Source: a virus
Direction: 5' to 3' (one strand)
Virus record (IMG/VR): IMGVR_UViG_3300020213_000023
Location: 31,046-95,045 of that record
Length of the DNA stretch: 64,000 nt
In this document: positions 10,050 to 19,952 of the stretch, in pieces
Layout: each line of letters starts with the position of its first letter
Position numbering within the stretch: the first letter of the stretch is position 1
The notes under the pieces: generated by a model
Seen by the model: the letters and a program-made list of their open reading frames with translations, nothing else
Told to the model about the DNA's origin: nothing
The model's database searches: none
Program-made: the position numbers and the translations under genes

Positions 10050-10898
10050 GTGAACTTTGTACTGAATAGCAATCTGTGGGTGTGGCCGATGCCCAAGATT
10101 ACCGTGGAAGGTAAGTCTTACCGGCCCAAGGTATCTTCGGGATGGAAGAATAACCGTACACGTGCGGAGGGCGGGCACGCAGGGTCTGACATCGTTTACG
10201 GCGTCGGCAAAAAGGAGCTTCCTCAGTATCAGCCGCCCCGGGATCGCTCCACGGGTCTCGGACATTTTGTCCCGCCCAACATCCCTGCGTTGAGCACGTG
10301 CGACGGTGTCGTCACGTACGCTAAATCGACGTCTAAAGGCTTTGGCGTTCTCATTGAGCACGAAAAACGAACAGTTCGAACGTTTTACCAACACCTCGAA
10401 AAGGTGTTCGTTAAAAAGGACCAAGTCGTCAAAGCAGGGGACACGATCGGAACTGTCGGGTTTGATCCGTCGAATGACAACTCTGTTCGACACATCCATT
10501 TCGAACTCAGCTTTCGCGTCGGGTCTGAGTGGGTAAAGGTCGACCCTGGCACCCATGAGAAGGGGTACATGTCCCAGTGGAGGATATGGACAGGCCTTGG
10601 CGCAGAGAGTTACCAGGCTTTCGCAGTTGCAGGTTCCTCTGGCTACCGAATCGCGCAGGCAGCGTCTGCCGGCGCTGTCCAAGTCATCGATCGCGACACC
10701 GCGATGAAAAACCAGAACGGCGCAACACACAAACGGGCGCAAGCCGATTACTACGAACGAGTCGCGCGCGTCATCAACGCTCAAGGGAGCCAGCTGTACG
10801 CTGCCATCGCGCAATTCGCGGGAGTTGCGCCTGTCGTGACGGACCCCATGACGTTCGATTTCACCACCGGCTTGTGGTCGGATGGAAAGGCGGTCTGA
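10050..10898 (+). CDS. M23 family metallopeptidase (peptidoglycan endopeptidase)
   Basis: HAGSD (HxxxD), YQHL, VKAGDTIG and HIHFE (HxH) motifs. Confidence 0.9.
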   Translation: MNFVLNSNLWVWPMPKITVEGKSYRPKVSSGWKNNRTRAEGGHAGSDIVYGVGKKELPQYQPPRDRSTGLGHFVPPNIPALSTCDGVVTYAKSTSKGFGVLIEHEKRTVRTFYQHLEKVFVKKDQVVKAGDTIGTVGFDPSNDNSVRHIHFELSFRVGSEWVKVDPGTHEKGYMSQWRIWTGLGAESYQAFAVAGSSGYRIAQAASAGAVQVIDRDTAMKNQNGATHKRAQADYYERVARVINAQGSQLYAAIAQFAGVAPVVTDPMTFDFTTGLWSDGKAV

Positions 10899-10899
10899 C

Positions 10900-11343
10900 A
10901 TGTCCCGTTTTGACGTTCACATCCAGCTCACACCCGAAGCAACGGCCGGCGGAGGATTCTATGGCTTTGGAGACGTGCGCTCCATTGGTGTCCGTGGCGT
11001 GCAGAAGCTGGTCAACATGTTCGCCAAGTACTTGCTCACACCGATAGGAAGCGATCCACTCGATCTCACCTACGGTACTGACTTGCCGAACTTGATCGGG
11101 TCTAATGTGGACGTTCTCGGCGCCAAAGAAGTTCTCGAACTTTCCGTGGCAAAGACAGTACAAGCTTTGCAGAGCTACCAGTCGAGCGTCGAGATCCCGG
11201 ATGACGAACGGCTCTCGACGGCGTCAGTGACGGACTATATCGTCTTCACCGAGGTGTCCGGCTTCTCGGCACAGATCTACATTGAAAACATCCTGAACCG
11301 GGGGGTCACTGTCCTCCTGCCTAGCTTGGAAGTAGGTTTGTAG
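10900..11343 (+). CDS. Baseplate wedge protein, gp25/gpW-like
   Basis: LLTPIGSDPLDLTYGTDL motif; precedes the J-like gene; ATG 10900 preferred over 10882. Confidence 0.75.
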   Translation: MSRFDVHIQLTPEATAGGGFYGFGDVRSIGVRGVQKLVNMFAKYLLTPIGSDPLDLTYGTDLPNLIGSNVDVLGAKEVLELSVAKTVQALQSYQSSVEIPDDERLSTASVTDYIVFTEVSGFSAQIYIENILNRGVTVLLPSLEVGL

Positions 11344-11345
11344 TC

Positions 11346-13316
11346 ATGGCCAACATCGAAATCGACGCACAAGACGTTGCCACGGCATCTAATTTTCTCG
11401 AGCAGTTCCTAAGCAACCAGATCCCCACCGGTGATTTCACCAAGGGCACGTCTCTTCGAGATCTCACGGTGGGCGCGATTGCAGCGGTATTCGCCTTCCT
11501 GCGACAGGAAAACACCGACGCACTCAAGCTGCAATCACTCAAGTCAGTGCAGGAAGCCATCGGAACCACGGACGCCGAAGCACTTAAAGACGCCGTTGCC
11601 GCGATTCTATCGAACGTCTTTATCAACTTGAAGAGTGGGTCGAAGTCTCGTGGATACACCATCGGGCATTCGTCCGAACTGACAGACGTATTCGTACCTA
11701 CCACTGCGAAGTTCACGAGCGCGAATGGCCGAATCTTCGTCGTGGACTCGGCAGAGACCTACTTCATCTCCAAAACGGAACTGACCGCAATCGTCGATTC
11801 AGATGAATCGGTGCTCGAGTACGAATTCCGCATTCCGTTGGTTGCGACCAAGATTGGCGTCGAGTACGACATCGAGGCGGGCTTGTTTTCGTCTTTCGAT
11901 CGTTTCAATCCGTTCGTCACGCGAATCGATAACCCTGAGAAATTCGCAGGCGGAAAGAGCACGGAGACTGTCGAAGAGGTTCTCGAGCGCGCCCCCACCG
12001 CGTTGTCAGTCCGTAACCTCATCAACGACCGGTCCATCACCGCGGTACTCGACGAGACCTTTCCGGAGATCCAGAGCATCTTGGTTGTCGGTATGGGTGA
12101 CCCTGAGATGCAGCGGGACACGCTTATCAGCATGCCGGAACATTTGCTGCTCCACGTCGGCGGCATGGTCGACATCTACCTGCTCCTCGACTTGGTCGAG
12201 ACCACGTTCACCGGGGAGGTTGGCGACCTGTTCGCACGTCCTGATGGGCTCGCCACGGTGTTCAGAGATTCGGCCGAGAGCTTTGCGGCTGTCGAAGCGG
12301 GCGACATCATCCGCGTGACTGCCGGGCTCGACGTCGTCCCTGCGGAGTTCATGGTCATCGAGAACGCAGGCGACGAGTTGATCGTTAGTGAGAGGTCTCC
12401 GTTCCCGCTCGCGTCGGACGAGGGTTCGCCTCCAACGAACGTGTCCTACACCATTGGGCGTGTGGGCCCGACGTACACTGATGTGCTTTCGGACGTTGGT
12501 AGCCTCCCATTCACGACAGGCGTGACCTCGCGGCAAATCGGAACGTCGGGTCGAATCACACTCCCCGGCGGACCGGTGATCGATATCCTTGACGTCGCCC
12601 TGCTGGACCCTGGCGTTGCAGAAAGCGCCTTCAAGGCAGAGACCGATGGGTTCGTTCACTTCTACAACCACGTGAACACGACACCCGACGACACACAGAC
12701 CCCCGACGATGGTCTTGAGTTCAGGACGATCGTCCGCAACCCGCAATATGCGCAGAGCATATTTCAGTGGATGGAGGTTGTCGTGGGAACCGACCTCGAC
12801 CAGGCGCGGTTCGACGGCAACCAGCTCCGTGTGCGGTACCGAACGCTGTCTGCATTTGCCACTATCGATGACTACGTGCGCAGCCGCCGACAACGCACCG
12901 CCGCAGCTCACCAGCTCCCCCGAGGCCATCATCCAGTGTCGGTGGCTGTTGACATCAATTACAAACTCAAGGTAACCGCCACCACGGCGCTCGACGACGC
13001 GGCCATCGTTAGTGCCGTGGTTGACTTCATTAATGCGTTTGACACGAACGTGCAACCGATCGACACCACAGCGCTCACGCAATTCATCAGAAACTCGTAT
13101 CCGTCTATCGCCGCGATTACACCGTTGGTGGTTCAGTACACCCTGCGGGCACCGACGGGAGACCTCATCCAGTTTGAAACTGCAGATGAGGTACTACTCT
13201 CCGATGACAAGAAGGTCTCTGGTCCCGACATCGTTCTTTCAACCTATGGTGTATCTGACAGAACAGTCCGATACGTCGCCAATAACATCGGCGTCCGTGC
13301 CTTCCAGGTGACCTGA
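11346..13316 (+). CDS. Baseplate J-like (gp6-like) wedge protein
   Basis: ATKIGVEYDI and NPEKFAGGKSTETVEEVLER motifs typical of Baseplate_J. Confidence 0.85.
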   Translation: MANIEIDAQDVATASNFLEQFLSNQIPTGDFTKGTSLRDLTVGAIAAVFAFLRQENTDALKLQSLKSVQEAIGTTDAEALKDAVAAILSNVFINLKSGSKSRGYTIGHSSELTDVFVPTTAKFTSANGRIFVVDSAETYFISKTELTAIVDSDESVLEYEFRIPLVATKIGVEYDIEAGLFSSFDRFNPFVTRIDNPEKFAGGKSTETVEEVLERAPTALSVRNLINDRSITAVLDETFPEIQSILVVGMGDPEMQRDTLISMPEHLLLHVGGMVDIYLLLDLVETTFTGEVGDLFARPDGLATVFRDSAESFAAVEAGDIIRVTAGLDVVPAEFMVIENAGDELIVSERSPFPLASDEGSPPTNVSYTIGRVGPTYTDVLSDVGSLPFTTGVTSRQIGTSGRITLPGGPVIDILDVALLDPGVAESAFKAETDGFVHFYNHVNTTPDDTQTPDDGLEFRTIVRNPQYAQSIFQWMEVVVGTDLDQARFDGNQLRVRYRTLSAFATIDDYVRSRRQRTAAAHQLPRGHHPVSVAVDINYKLKVTATTALDDAAIVSAVVDFINAFDTNVQPIDTTALTQFIRNSYPSIAAITPLVVQYTLRAPTGDLIQFETADEVLLSDDKKVSGPDIVLSTYGVSDRTVRYVANNIGVRAFQVT

Positions 13317-15805
13317 TGGCGCTGATCGGATACAACCACTCCTTCCTGCGTGGATTGTCAGACTTTTGGCAGCGTTTTTTTTCGGACGCGCCTCAGCTCG
13401 ACGCCCTTTACCAGGGAACAGCTGTGCTAATGGGGCAAGCGTACCTGGACCTCTTGTCGAATGTGATCAGCGTGTCGCTCAAGGACACGCCTATCTACGC
13501 CAAAGAATTCTACAAGCTGATCACACTACGAGAGGATCAACTTGCCTTCGACAAGGGCGCAGTCACCGCGGATGACCGATGGGTGGCAGCGCTCCCCGAC
13601 GATGTTATTGCTTTCGTGTCACTCGATAACCGGGTGATTGAACCTACCGCGTCGCTACAGGAGCGGAACGACTACGACATCGACCGAGATGCCAAGACCA
13701 TTCGATTCGTGACAGACCCGACGGACACCGACGGGAGCGGCGCACCTGTTCCGGGGTTCGCTCGACGATCGTTGGACATTTCTGTGGGCGGCGTTTTCGA
13801 CGACACGACGCGACCGTTGGCAACGACGTGGATGGACAATGGCATCGTCAAGGGAGACACGCTCCGCATTCTTGATGTAGGACCAGACCTGGTGTCACAA
13901 CGCAAGCGCACTGACCATTCGATTGTCTTGGTCCGCGCCAAGGCACTCTACGTCGACTCGACGACGCCGCTCATCGAAACAGAAACTGCAGACAACTACG
14001 TCATCCTGCGCCGCCCCGCTGACGACACGGTTCTTGGTGAGACGATGACCTTCGTGGCAGACGCAGCCACGCTCGCACATACTCGGCTCGATGCCGGGTC
14101 AGTTCGCGTGTACGGCAAGGCGCTCAGCGGTGCGGATGCTGTCGAGGATGTCGATTACACCGTCGATTACGAACTCGGTGTTCTCTATCGCTACGCGACG
14201 TGGAATCCTGCGACATCAAACCTTGTCGACTACACGTGGCAGACGAAGGTTTGGCCTGTAGCAACCTACTCGGCGACCGGTCTCGTCAGCGACGAGACCA
14301 CCACGGTGCGCGTGGTGCAGATGGCGTTGTGGGCGCCGGATGCCTACGTCGACCGTCGCACGTTGGCCAACAACTTCGGCGCTCTCATTAGCCGTGAGGA
14401 AGACAGCTCGGAGAACTACCGCGCGTTCTTGCGGGGCATCTTCCAGCTCTACCTGCTCGGTCCGGTGCTCGAGCGCATCGAGAGTGCAATCAACGTCGTC
14501 ATCGGATTTCCGGTCATCCGTGACGACGGCGAGGTTCTCGTTGACGTGGACACCAGCGATCCCTTGGTTACACGCGTGACCACGCGCCGCGCATCCAACA
14601 GCATCCTCAACGTGTACGAGTACCCTCCCACGGTCCCGCTGCGGGCCGATCTCATCCCCACCAACTACGAGACGTTGACCTTCGAAGCATTCGAGCCCCT
14701 CACCACCGCTATCACGGTGACTGACTACATCCAGTCACCGACGTGGTGGCACAACGTGGTTATTCCGCGGGATCTATTGCCTTCCGTGAGCGTTTCTCGA
14801 CGCACGGTAAGCGACGCTTACGTCGAGAACATCGTGAACCCGGTAGACGGTGCTTGTATTGGAGACCCCGGGCTCGTCTTTGGCGCGGATGAAAACGGAT
14901 TTTCGCCTGCTCCGGGCCACGTCGTGTTTCGTCATCGGTTGGCGTACGTCTTGATGGATCGGTACCTGAAGTACCACACGTTCATCGTGAGCTTCGACGC
15001 GTCGATCTTCAGCCTGACGGACATCGGATACACCCGAACCTTCAATGACCTCAACGAGCTGGTACTGACGGCCAAGCCGTCGCACACCTACGCGTTTACG
15101 CAGCCGTTGACCAACTTCATCGACACCGTGATCGCCGCGGACGGCGATTACTGGTACCAGCCTGCGTCCTTCATGGACGACCCGGATTCGCCGGAGTTCT
15201 ACGACACGGAGGGCGAGATTCCGGAGCCCCTCGAGCCCTATACCCAGTTGGGGTTGTTTTTCAACTTCAGCGTCTCTGCGCCTACCGACGGAACCGAGCA
15301 GGTGCTGTTTACCGATCCTCCGTTGGTTTTCGGTAGTGGTGTGTGGTCCGTGGGAGACTTCTTTCACTACGAGGACGCCCTTGCTGGTTTGATGAGTTTC
15401 CCGGTCCTCGGGGTTGACGTTGCTTTTGGCGGTTCCCCTCCGGTCAACATTACGTGGCGCGCTGTCCATGTATTTGTGAACGGTGCCCGGAGCGGAAAAC
15501 GCCTCGTCGAAAACGTTGATTACCTCGTGTCGTATGACGGACTAGAAATCAGGCGCCTAACGGTATGGGATTCCCTCGTAAACGTCCCGGTGTCATGGAC
15601 CTATCTCGCCATCGGTAACATCAGTACGTCGGTTGCCGATCCGACCATTGGTGACACGGAGCTTACTGTCAGCATGCAGGATGCTTCTGTGGTTACCGCC
15701 GACTACGATCCGACTCGGGTCGACTGGAACGGGGTCGCTCAATCCGTCACCGACCACCAAGACCTGGCACTGGTTGACCGACCGCTAACCATCGTCATTC
15801 CTTGA
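13316..15805 (+). CDS. Baseplate wedge protein (gp7/gpI-like)
   Basis: Follows J; ENYRAFLRGI..GP..IESAI and KPSHT motifs. Confidence 0.7.
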   Translation: MALIGYNHSFLRGLSDFWQRFFSDAPQLDALYQGTAVLMGQAYLDLLSNVISVSLKDTPIYAKEFYKLITLREDQLAFDKGAVTADDRWVAALPDDVIAFVSLDNRVIEPTASLQERNDYDIDRDAKTIRFVTDPTDTDGSGAPVPGFARRSLDISVGGVFDDTTRPLATTWMDNGIVKGDTLRILDVGPDLVSQRKRTDHSIVLVRAKALYVDSTTPLIETETADNYVILRRPADDTVLGETMTFVADAATLAHTRLDAGSVRVYGKALSGADAVEDVDYTVDYELGVLYRYATWNPATSNLVDYTWQTKVWPVATYSATGLVSDETTTVRVVQMALWAPDAYVDRRTLANNFGALISREEDSSENYRAFLRGIFQLYLLGPVLERIESAINVVIGFPVIRDDGEVLVDVDTSDPLVTRVTTRRASNSILNVYEYPPTVPLRADLIPTNYETLTFEAFEPLTTAITVTDYIQSPTWWHNVVIPRDLLPSVSVSRRTVSDAYVENIVNPVDGACIGDPGLVFGADENGFSPAPGHVVFRHRLAYVLMDRYLKYHTFIVSFDASIFSLTDIGYTRTFNDLNELVLTAKPSHTYAFTQPLTNFIDTVIAADGDYWYQPASFMDDPDSPEFYDTEGEIPEPLEPYTQLGLFFNFSVSAPTDGTEQVLFTDPPLVFGSGVWSVGDFFHYEDALAGLMSFPVLGVDVAFGGSPPVNITWRAVHVFVNGARSGKRLVENVDYLVSYDGLEIRRLTVWDSLVNVPVSWTYLAIGNISTSVADPTIGDTELTVSMQDASVVTADYDPTRVDWNGVAQSVTDHQDLALVDRPLTIVIP

Positions 15806-15837
15806 GCGTTTCGAAAGTTTACGTTAGGGTAACCAAC

Positions 15838-16368
15838 ATGGATCGTGGTTTTAATGACGGCATCCCCATGCGGGGCGACCTTACGATCGTCGTGCGCGAC
15901 GCCAAATCAGGCAAAGAGCGCAAACGAATCGAAATCCGCAACAAGATCACTTTCCTTGCTGCAGACGTTTTGGTCGAGCTGCTTGCACAACGCGCGACCG
16001 ATCCTGCCGCGAGCGCCAACACCATCTTCTCGATGCGGATGGGCACGTCGAACACGGCTGCGTCTAGGGCAGACACCAACCTCGGGGCTTACATCATCGG
16101 CAAGGAGCTGGCCGATGTCGACAAGGTCACCGGCGTCCCCGGCGAGCTGCAATTCTCGTCGACCTTGGAAGCAGTGGACGCCAACGGCAATACGCTGCAG
16201 GAAGCGGGGCTGTTCACGGCGGGTGACGCAGTTACGCCAACGCCCAGTGACACTCCTGGCGTAGCTGCGGGTGACCCGCGCATGTTCGCACGTCAAACAC
16301 ACCCCGCGATCATCAAGACGGTCGCAATCACGGTCGAGTACAGCTGGCGAATCGCCTTTACCGCGTAA
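15838..16368 (+). CDS. Baseplate / tail-fibre attachment (collar) protein
   Basis: ANGNTLQEAGLF..MFAR..IIKT..VEYSWRI pattern; start at ATG 15838 (alternative TTG 15802). Confidence 0.65.
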   Translation: MDRGFNDGIPMRGDLTIVVRDAKSGKERKRIEIRNKITFLAADVLVELLAQRATDPAASANTIFSMRMGTSNTAASRADTNLGAYIIGKELADVDKVTGVPGELQFSSTLEAVDANGNTLQEAGLFTAGDAVTPTPSDTPGVAAGDPRMFARQTHPAIIKTVAITVEYSWRIAFTA

Positions 16369-16383
16369 TCAAGGAAATCCACG

Positions 16384-19383
16384 ATGTCTACAGGCACCTA
16401 CCGTCAATTTCCAGTTTACGCCGAAGACGAGACCGGCTTCAGCGATTCTGATGCCGCCGAGCCCATTGTCGACGGGGAGGCTGTAAGCGCGACGATTTTC
16501 AATCGTCCGATTGACAACCTGCGTCTGCGCACCGAAAAGGTGCGCGGTGCCATCGAGGACTTGGCGTACCTCGCTGACGCAGACCGCGCGCTGATCGTCG
16601 CAGGTCCGGGCAAGGTCACCTGGCCTGGCTCGGTGACGGCAGGCGCGTCCGGTATCTTTGTCCTCAGTGATGTCCTCTATGTCATCCCCGCGCTGACACG
16701 GGGAGGCGTGCAGGTTTCGCCCGTGCCTCCGACCGCCTCGTCGTTCGGCACCCTATCACTCGACAGAGCCACAGGCAGCTCTGCCGCAATTCTGGTGACC
16801 AGTCTCCTCCGTGACTTCCAGGGGGGGCACAAGCTCAACATCACGGTCGTATCGGGCACGGTGTACAGTTGCGTGCTGGCGGATGAAGAGACGATGTCCA
16901 TCGTTATCACCGCGACCGCCTCGACGGACTTGACGACAATCATCAATTCGCTCAACGCATTGGTGAATGCGAACACGGACAATATTTGTACAGCAGCGTT
17001 GCAAGGCGGTGCCTTGGGCGCTGACCTTATCGAACGCCCGCAATCCATTCGTCGTCAAACGGGAAACCATGACGCGGAGGCGCACGCGATCACGCCGGCT
17101 CAACTCGCGGCGTTCTTCGCAATCGGCGGGAACCCCCTCCTGGAGGGTGACTCGCTCTGCGTCCAGTACAGCACATTGATCGATACTTCGCCTGCCACTG
17201 ACGGCGGGCGACGCCAATCGATCCCGGAGAATTCCAACACGTCGGTTCTCACCGCGTCGTTGTTCAACTCCCGTGTGAGTCCGGATCGGTTGGTCAACGC
17301 GATCCCGGTTTGCAAGGTGGTTGACGGACGCCTTTGTTTCATTTCAGGGCAGCAAATTTTCGCGGGGGCTATCGCCGTTGACCTCGGCGGTGGCGTCGGT
17401 TCCGTCGCGCTCACGGACATCATGAGCAGCGTCGTCATGAACGACGGCAGCCTCGAATTCAGCCAAGGTGCGCACGCTGGCTTGACGTTCTCGGTGAACG
17501 GCGGCACGTACTGGATGAACGGCATCAAGACCACTAAAGCCGTGGACACCACGCTGCTCGCGGACGCGACAACGAACTACGTCTACATCGACACCGACGG
17601 CGACCTGAAGGACACAACATCGGCGTCGACCGCGACTACGCTGCCTCGTTTGGTCTTGTACAAGGCAGTCACGGCAGGCGGCGCAATCACAACTATCACC
17701 GATTTGCGTCGGTTCCACACGCGTTTCAATAGCCGAAAGTTTATCACCGTAGGTACTTACGGGGACTTCCAAATGCTCGAGAACGCCGTCGCATGGGTCG
17801 TCATGATGCGTTCTGTGGGTGAGGACTCGCCGTTGGAGATCGTCATCCAAGGCGACGTCACGATGACGTCACAGATCGTGCTCACCGACAGCGTGACTAT
17901 TCGTGCCAACGAACCAGGACAAGGACACATCAACACACCGTCGGGTGTTGCCGCGTTCTCTGTTCAATCGGGAACCGTTGACGACGTCATCTTCGAGAAC
18001 ATCCGTTTCAACGTTCCTACTGCCGTCGGATCCGGGTTGATTGACATCGGCGGTACCGCCGCGTGCAATACGTGGGAGTTGAATCGTTGCCGCATCAACG
18101 GCGGACGCGGCGTCCACGCGATCGAGGTTATCTCAACCGCTGCGCACAACGGTTGGAGGATCCGTGATTGTGAATTCTTCGGCATGGCGCACACAGCGAT
18201 CACGCTGTCTATTGCACTAGAACAGATGTCCAACGCTGTCATCAGCGGCAACAAGATCACGGGCGGGTTGGGTGACGCGTTTGACGCGGGTATTTTCGTT
18301 GGCTACGACTCACACAACAACTGCATCGAAAAAAACCACATTGAAACAGGCGGAATCGCGATTGCCGTGTCGGACGATAACCTCGCGTCTTCGTTGACCG
18401 CGGTATGCACAGGAAATCAGGTCTCAAACAACTACGTCACGGGTGCTTTCAACACAAACGCAGTTCAGATTTGCGGTGAAACCCTTCTCGAAGGAAACCA
18501 CGTTTCCGCGTGTGACCCAGGCTCGAGCACCAACGGTGTTGTTAGTGTTTGGGGAAACGGCGGCCCCGTCGTTATCCAAAACAACCACATCCTTAACTGG
18601 GCGCAAGGCGCTGCGATCGAGTTTAACGACGATTTCTACAGCTCGCTCGTCGCGAACAACGTACTTCGTACGACTCTCGAGACCGCTGACTTTGGCTTGT
18701 ACGACGTAACCAGTAACCTGGGGCCGATGACAGTCGTTGGAAACATCATCGACCTGTCCGGCGCGGCTGTCCCCGCCGGATCCCCTAGCGGGGTTGCTGT
18801 TGGACTCAACGCGCGCCAGGGTGTCTCCGTGTCGGGTAACATGTTTCGCGGCGTGGGCACCGTCGGCCTTCCGTCAGCCGGAATCATCGCGCTGGGCGCC
18901 AACGCTAGTATCGTCGGAAACATCTTCAACCACTGCTATGGCGTGCCTTACGCGGTTGGTACGACCCCGGTTATCGCAGGTAATCAAGGAAACAGCGGCG
19001 GCAGCACTAACGCGGATGTGTCTCGGCTGGATAACGCTGGCGCTGTTTGCCATTACGGCTTCCAGCGTTCCGAAGCGTTGGCCACGTTGACCACTGCTTC
19101 GATTACGCTCAATCAGAACTGTTCTACTCTGTTCGTTGCATGTCCCGGAGGAACAACACACGTCATCGGTGGATTCACGGGAGGGCGAAAGGGGCGTCGT
19201 ATCGAGGTTTGGAATACCGGCACCACGACGGTTGATATCGGACACGAGGACGGTCTCATCGGGACTGCGACGGACCGCATTCACTGCTCGGGCACGGCAG
19301 ACATCACCGTGCCGGCAAAGAGTTGTGTGGTTGTAACCTACGACGACGACATCAGCCGTTGGCGCGCAGCCCGGTTGACCTAA
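16384..19383 (+). CDS. Tailspike / tail fibre with right-handed beta-helix (putative depolymerase)
   Basis: N-terminal GEAVSATIFNRPIDNL attachment motif; repeated I(S/E)(G/N)N(K/H)I beta-helix rungs; last gene of the tail block. Confidence 0.8.
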   Translation: MSTGTYRQFPVYAEDETGFSDSDAAEPIVDGEAVSATIFNRPIDNLRLRTEKVRGAIEDLAYLADADRALIVAGPGKVTWPGSVTAGASGIFVLSDVLYVIPALTRGGVQVSPVPPTASSFGTLSLDRATGSSAAILVTSLLRDFQGGHKLNITVVSGTVYSCVLADEETMSIVITATASTDLTTIINSLNALVNANTDNICTAALQGGALGADLIERPQSIRRQTGNHDAEAHAITPAQLAAFFAIGGNPLLEGDSLCVQYSTLIDTSPATDGGRRQSIPENSNTSVLTASLFNSRVSPDRLVNAIPVCKVVDGRLCFISGQQIFAGAIAVDLGGGVGSVALTDIMSSVVMNDGSLEFSQGAHAGLTFSVNGGTYWMNGIKTTKAVDTTLLADATTNYVYIDTDGDLKDTTSASTATTLPRLVLYKAVTAGGAITTITDLRRFHTRFNSRKFITVGTYGDFQMLENAVAWVVMMRSVGEDSPLEIVIQGDVTMTSQIVLTDSVTIRANEPGQGHINTPSGVAAFSVQSGTVDDVIFENIRFNVPTAVGSGLIDIGGTAACNTWELNRCRINGGRGVHAIEVISTAAHNGWRIRDCEFFGMAHTAITLSIALEQMSNAVISGNKITGGLGDAFDAGIFVGYDSHNNCIEKNHIETGGIAIAVSDDNLASSLTAVCTGNQVSNNYVTGAFNTNAVQICGETLLEGNHVSACDPGSSTNGVVSVWGNGGPVVIQNNHILNWAQGAAIEFNDDFYSSLVANNVLRTTLETADFGLYDVTSNLGPMTVVGNIIDLSGAAVPAGSPSGVAVGLNARQGVSVSGNMFRGVGTVGLPSAGIIALGANASIVGNIFNHCYGVPYAVGTTPVIAGNQGNSGGSTNADVSRLDNAGAVCHYGFQRSEALATLTTASITLNQNCSTLFVACPGGTTHVIGGFTGGRKGRRIEVWNTGTTTVDIGHEDGLIGTATDRIHCSGTADITVPAKSCVVVTYDDDISRWRAARLT

Positions 19384-19658
19384 ACCTCCCGGATGATCGA
19401 TTCGCCGCCACCGCCGATGTAGTGGCAGCCGAACTCGACCCATCTAACGCGCTCCCCCAAACGACGGAACTCAACGACCATGCCCCCTTTCGGGGGCATT
19501 TTCTTGTCCGGCGAGTGCCAGTCGTACAGCTCGCGCACCACGACTTCGTCGTAGACGTGATGCTCGATCGAGTGGGAGCCCTCGCCCTTCTTGAGGTAGT
19601 AGAAGGCTAGCCTCTTGAGGACCTCGGTGATGCCGAGCTTGTGCTCGACCCGGCTCAT
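19380..19658 (-). CDS. Hypothetical protein
   Basis: Start MSRVEHK at 19658 overlaps (ATGA) the stop of the upstream gene. Confidence 0.55.
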   Translation of the reverse strand: MSRVEHKLGITEVLKRLAFYYLKKGEGSHSIEHHVYDEVVVRELYDWHSPDKKMPPKGGMVVEFRRLGERVRWVEFGCHYIGGGGESIIREV

Positions 19659-19882
19659 TCGGATTTCCCGAACGCCTTCTGTTCCATTTCGAGCGCGGAG
19701 TACTGGTTGTAGATCAGCCGTCCGATTTCGTTTTGCTTCAGCACGACCTTGCAGGTCTTTACACCGGAAATGCACTCCGGACAGATTGCGCCCACGACGA
19801 CTTCGCCTTGACGGATCACCAGACCATCGGTGATGCTGACGCCAGGCCCGAACTCACTCTCACAATTGTTGCATTTGCGCAT
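19655..19882 (-). CDS. Small zinc-finger protein
   Basis: CNNC...CPEC; start MRKCNNC. Confidence 0.6.
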   Translation of the reverse strand: MRKCNNCESEFGPGVSITDGLVIRQGEVVVGAICPECISGVKTCKVVLKQNEIGRLIYNQYSALEMEQKAFGKSE

Positions 19883-19888
19883 TTTGTG

Positions 19889-19897
19889 AATGTACCA
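19889..19897 (-). promoter_or_regulatory. Putative extended -10 (TGG-TACATT), leaderless
   Basis: TG-n-TAnnnT, then 6 nt, then ATG 19882; lies right after a terminator hairpin. Confidence 0.5.
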
Positions 19898-19932
19898 AAA
19901 GAAGAAGGGTCCCTTCAATCAAGAAGGGACCC
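19897..19932 (-). terminator. Intrinsic terminator after nrdJ
   Basis: 10-bp stem GGGTCCCTTC/GAAGGGACCC (19907-19932) followed by TTCTTCTTTT on the - strand. Confidence 0.7.
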
Positions 19933-19952
19933 CAAATCAATCGAGTTGTTCG

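Noticed and set aside
96-19383. Tailocin / extracellular contractile injection system
   Set aside because: Terminase, portal and a full replication module are present, so this is a phage
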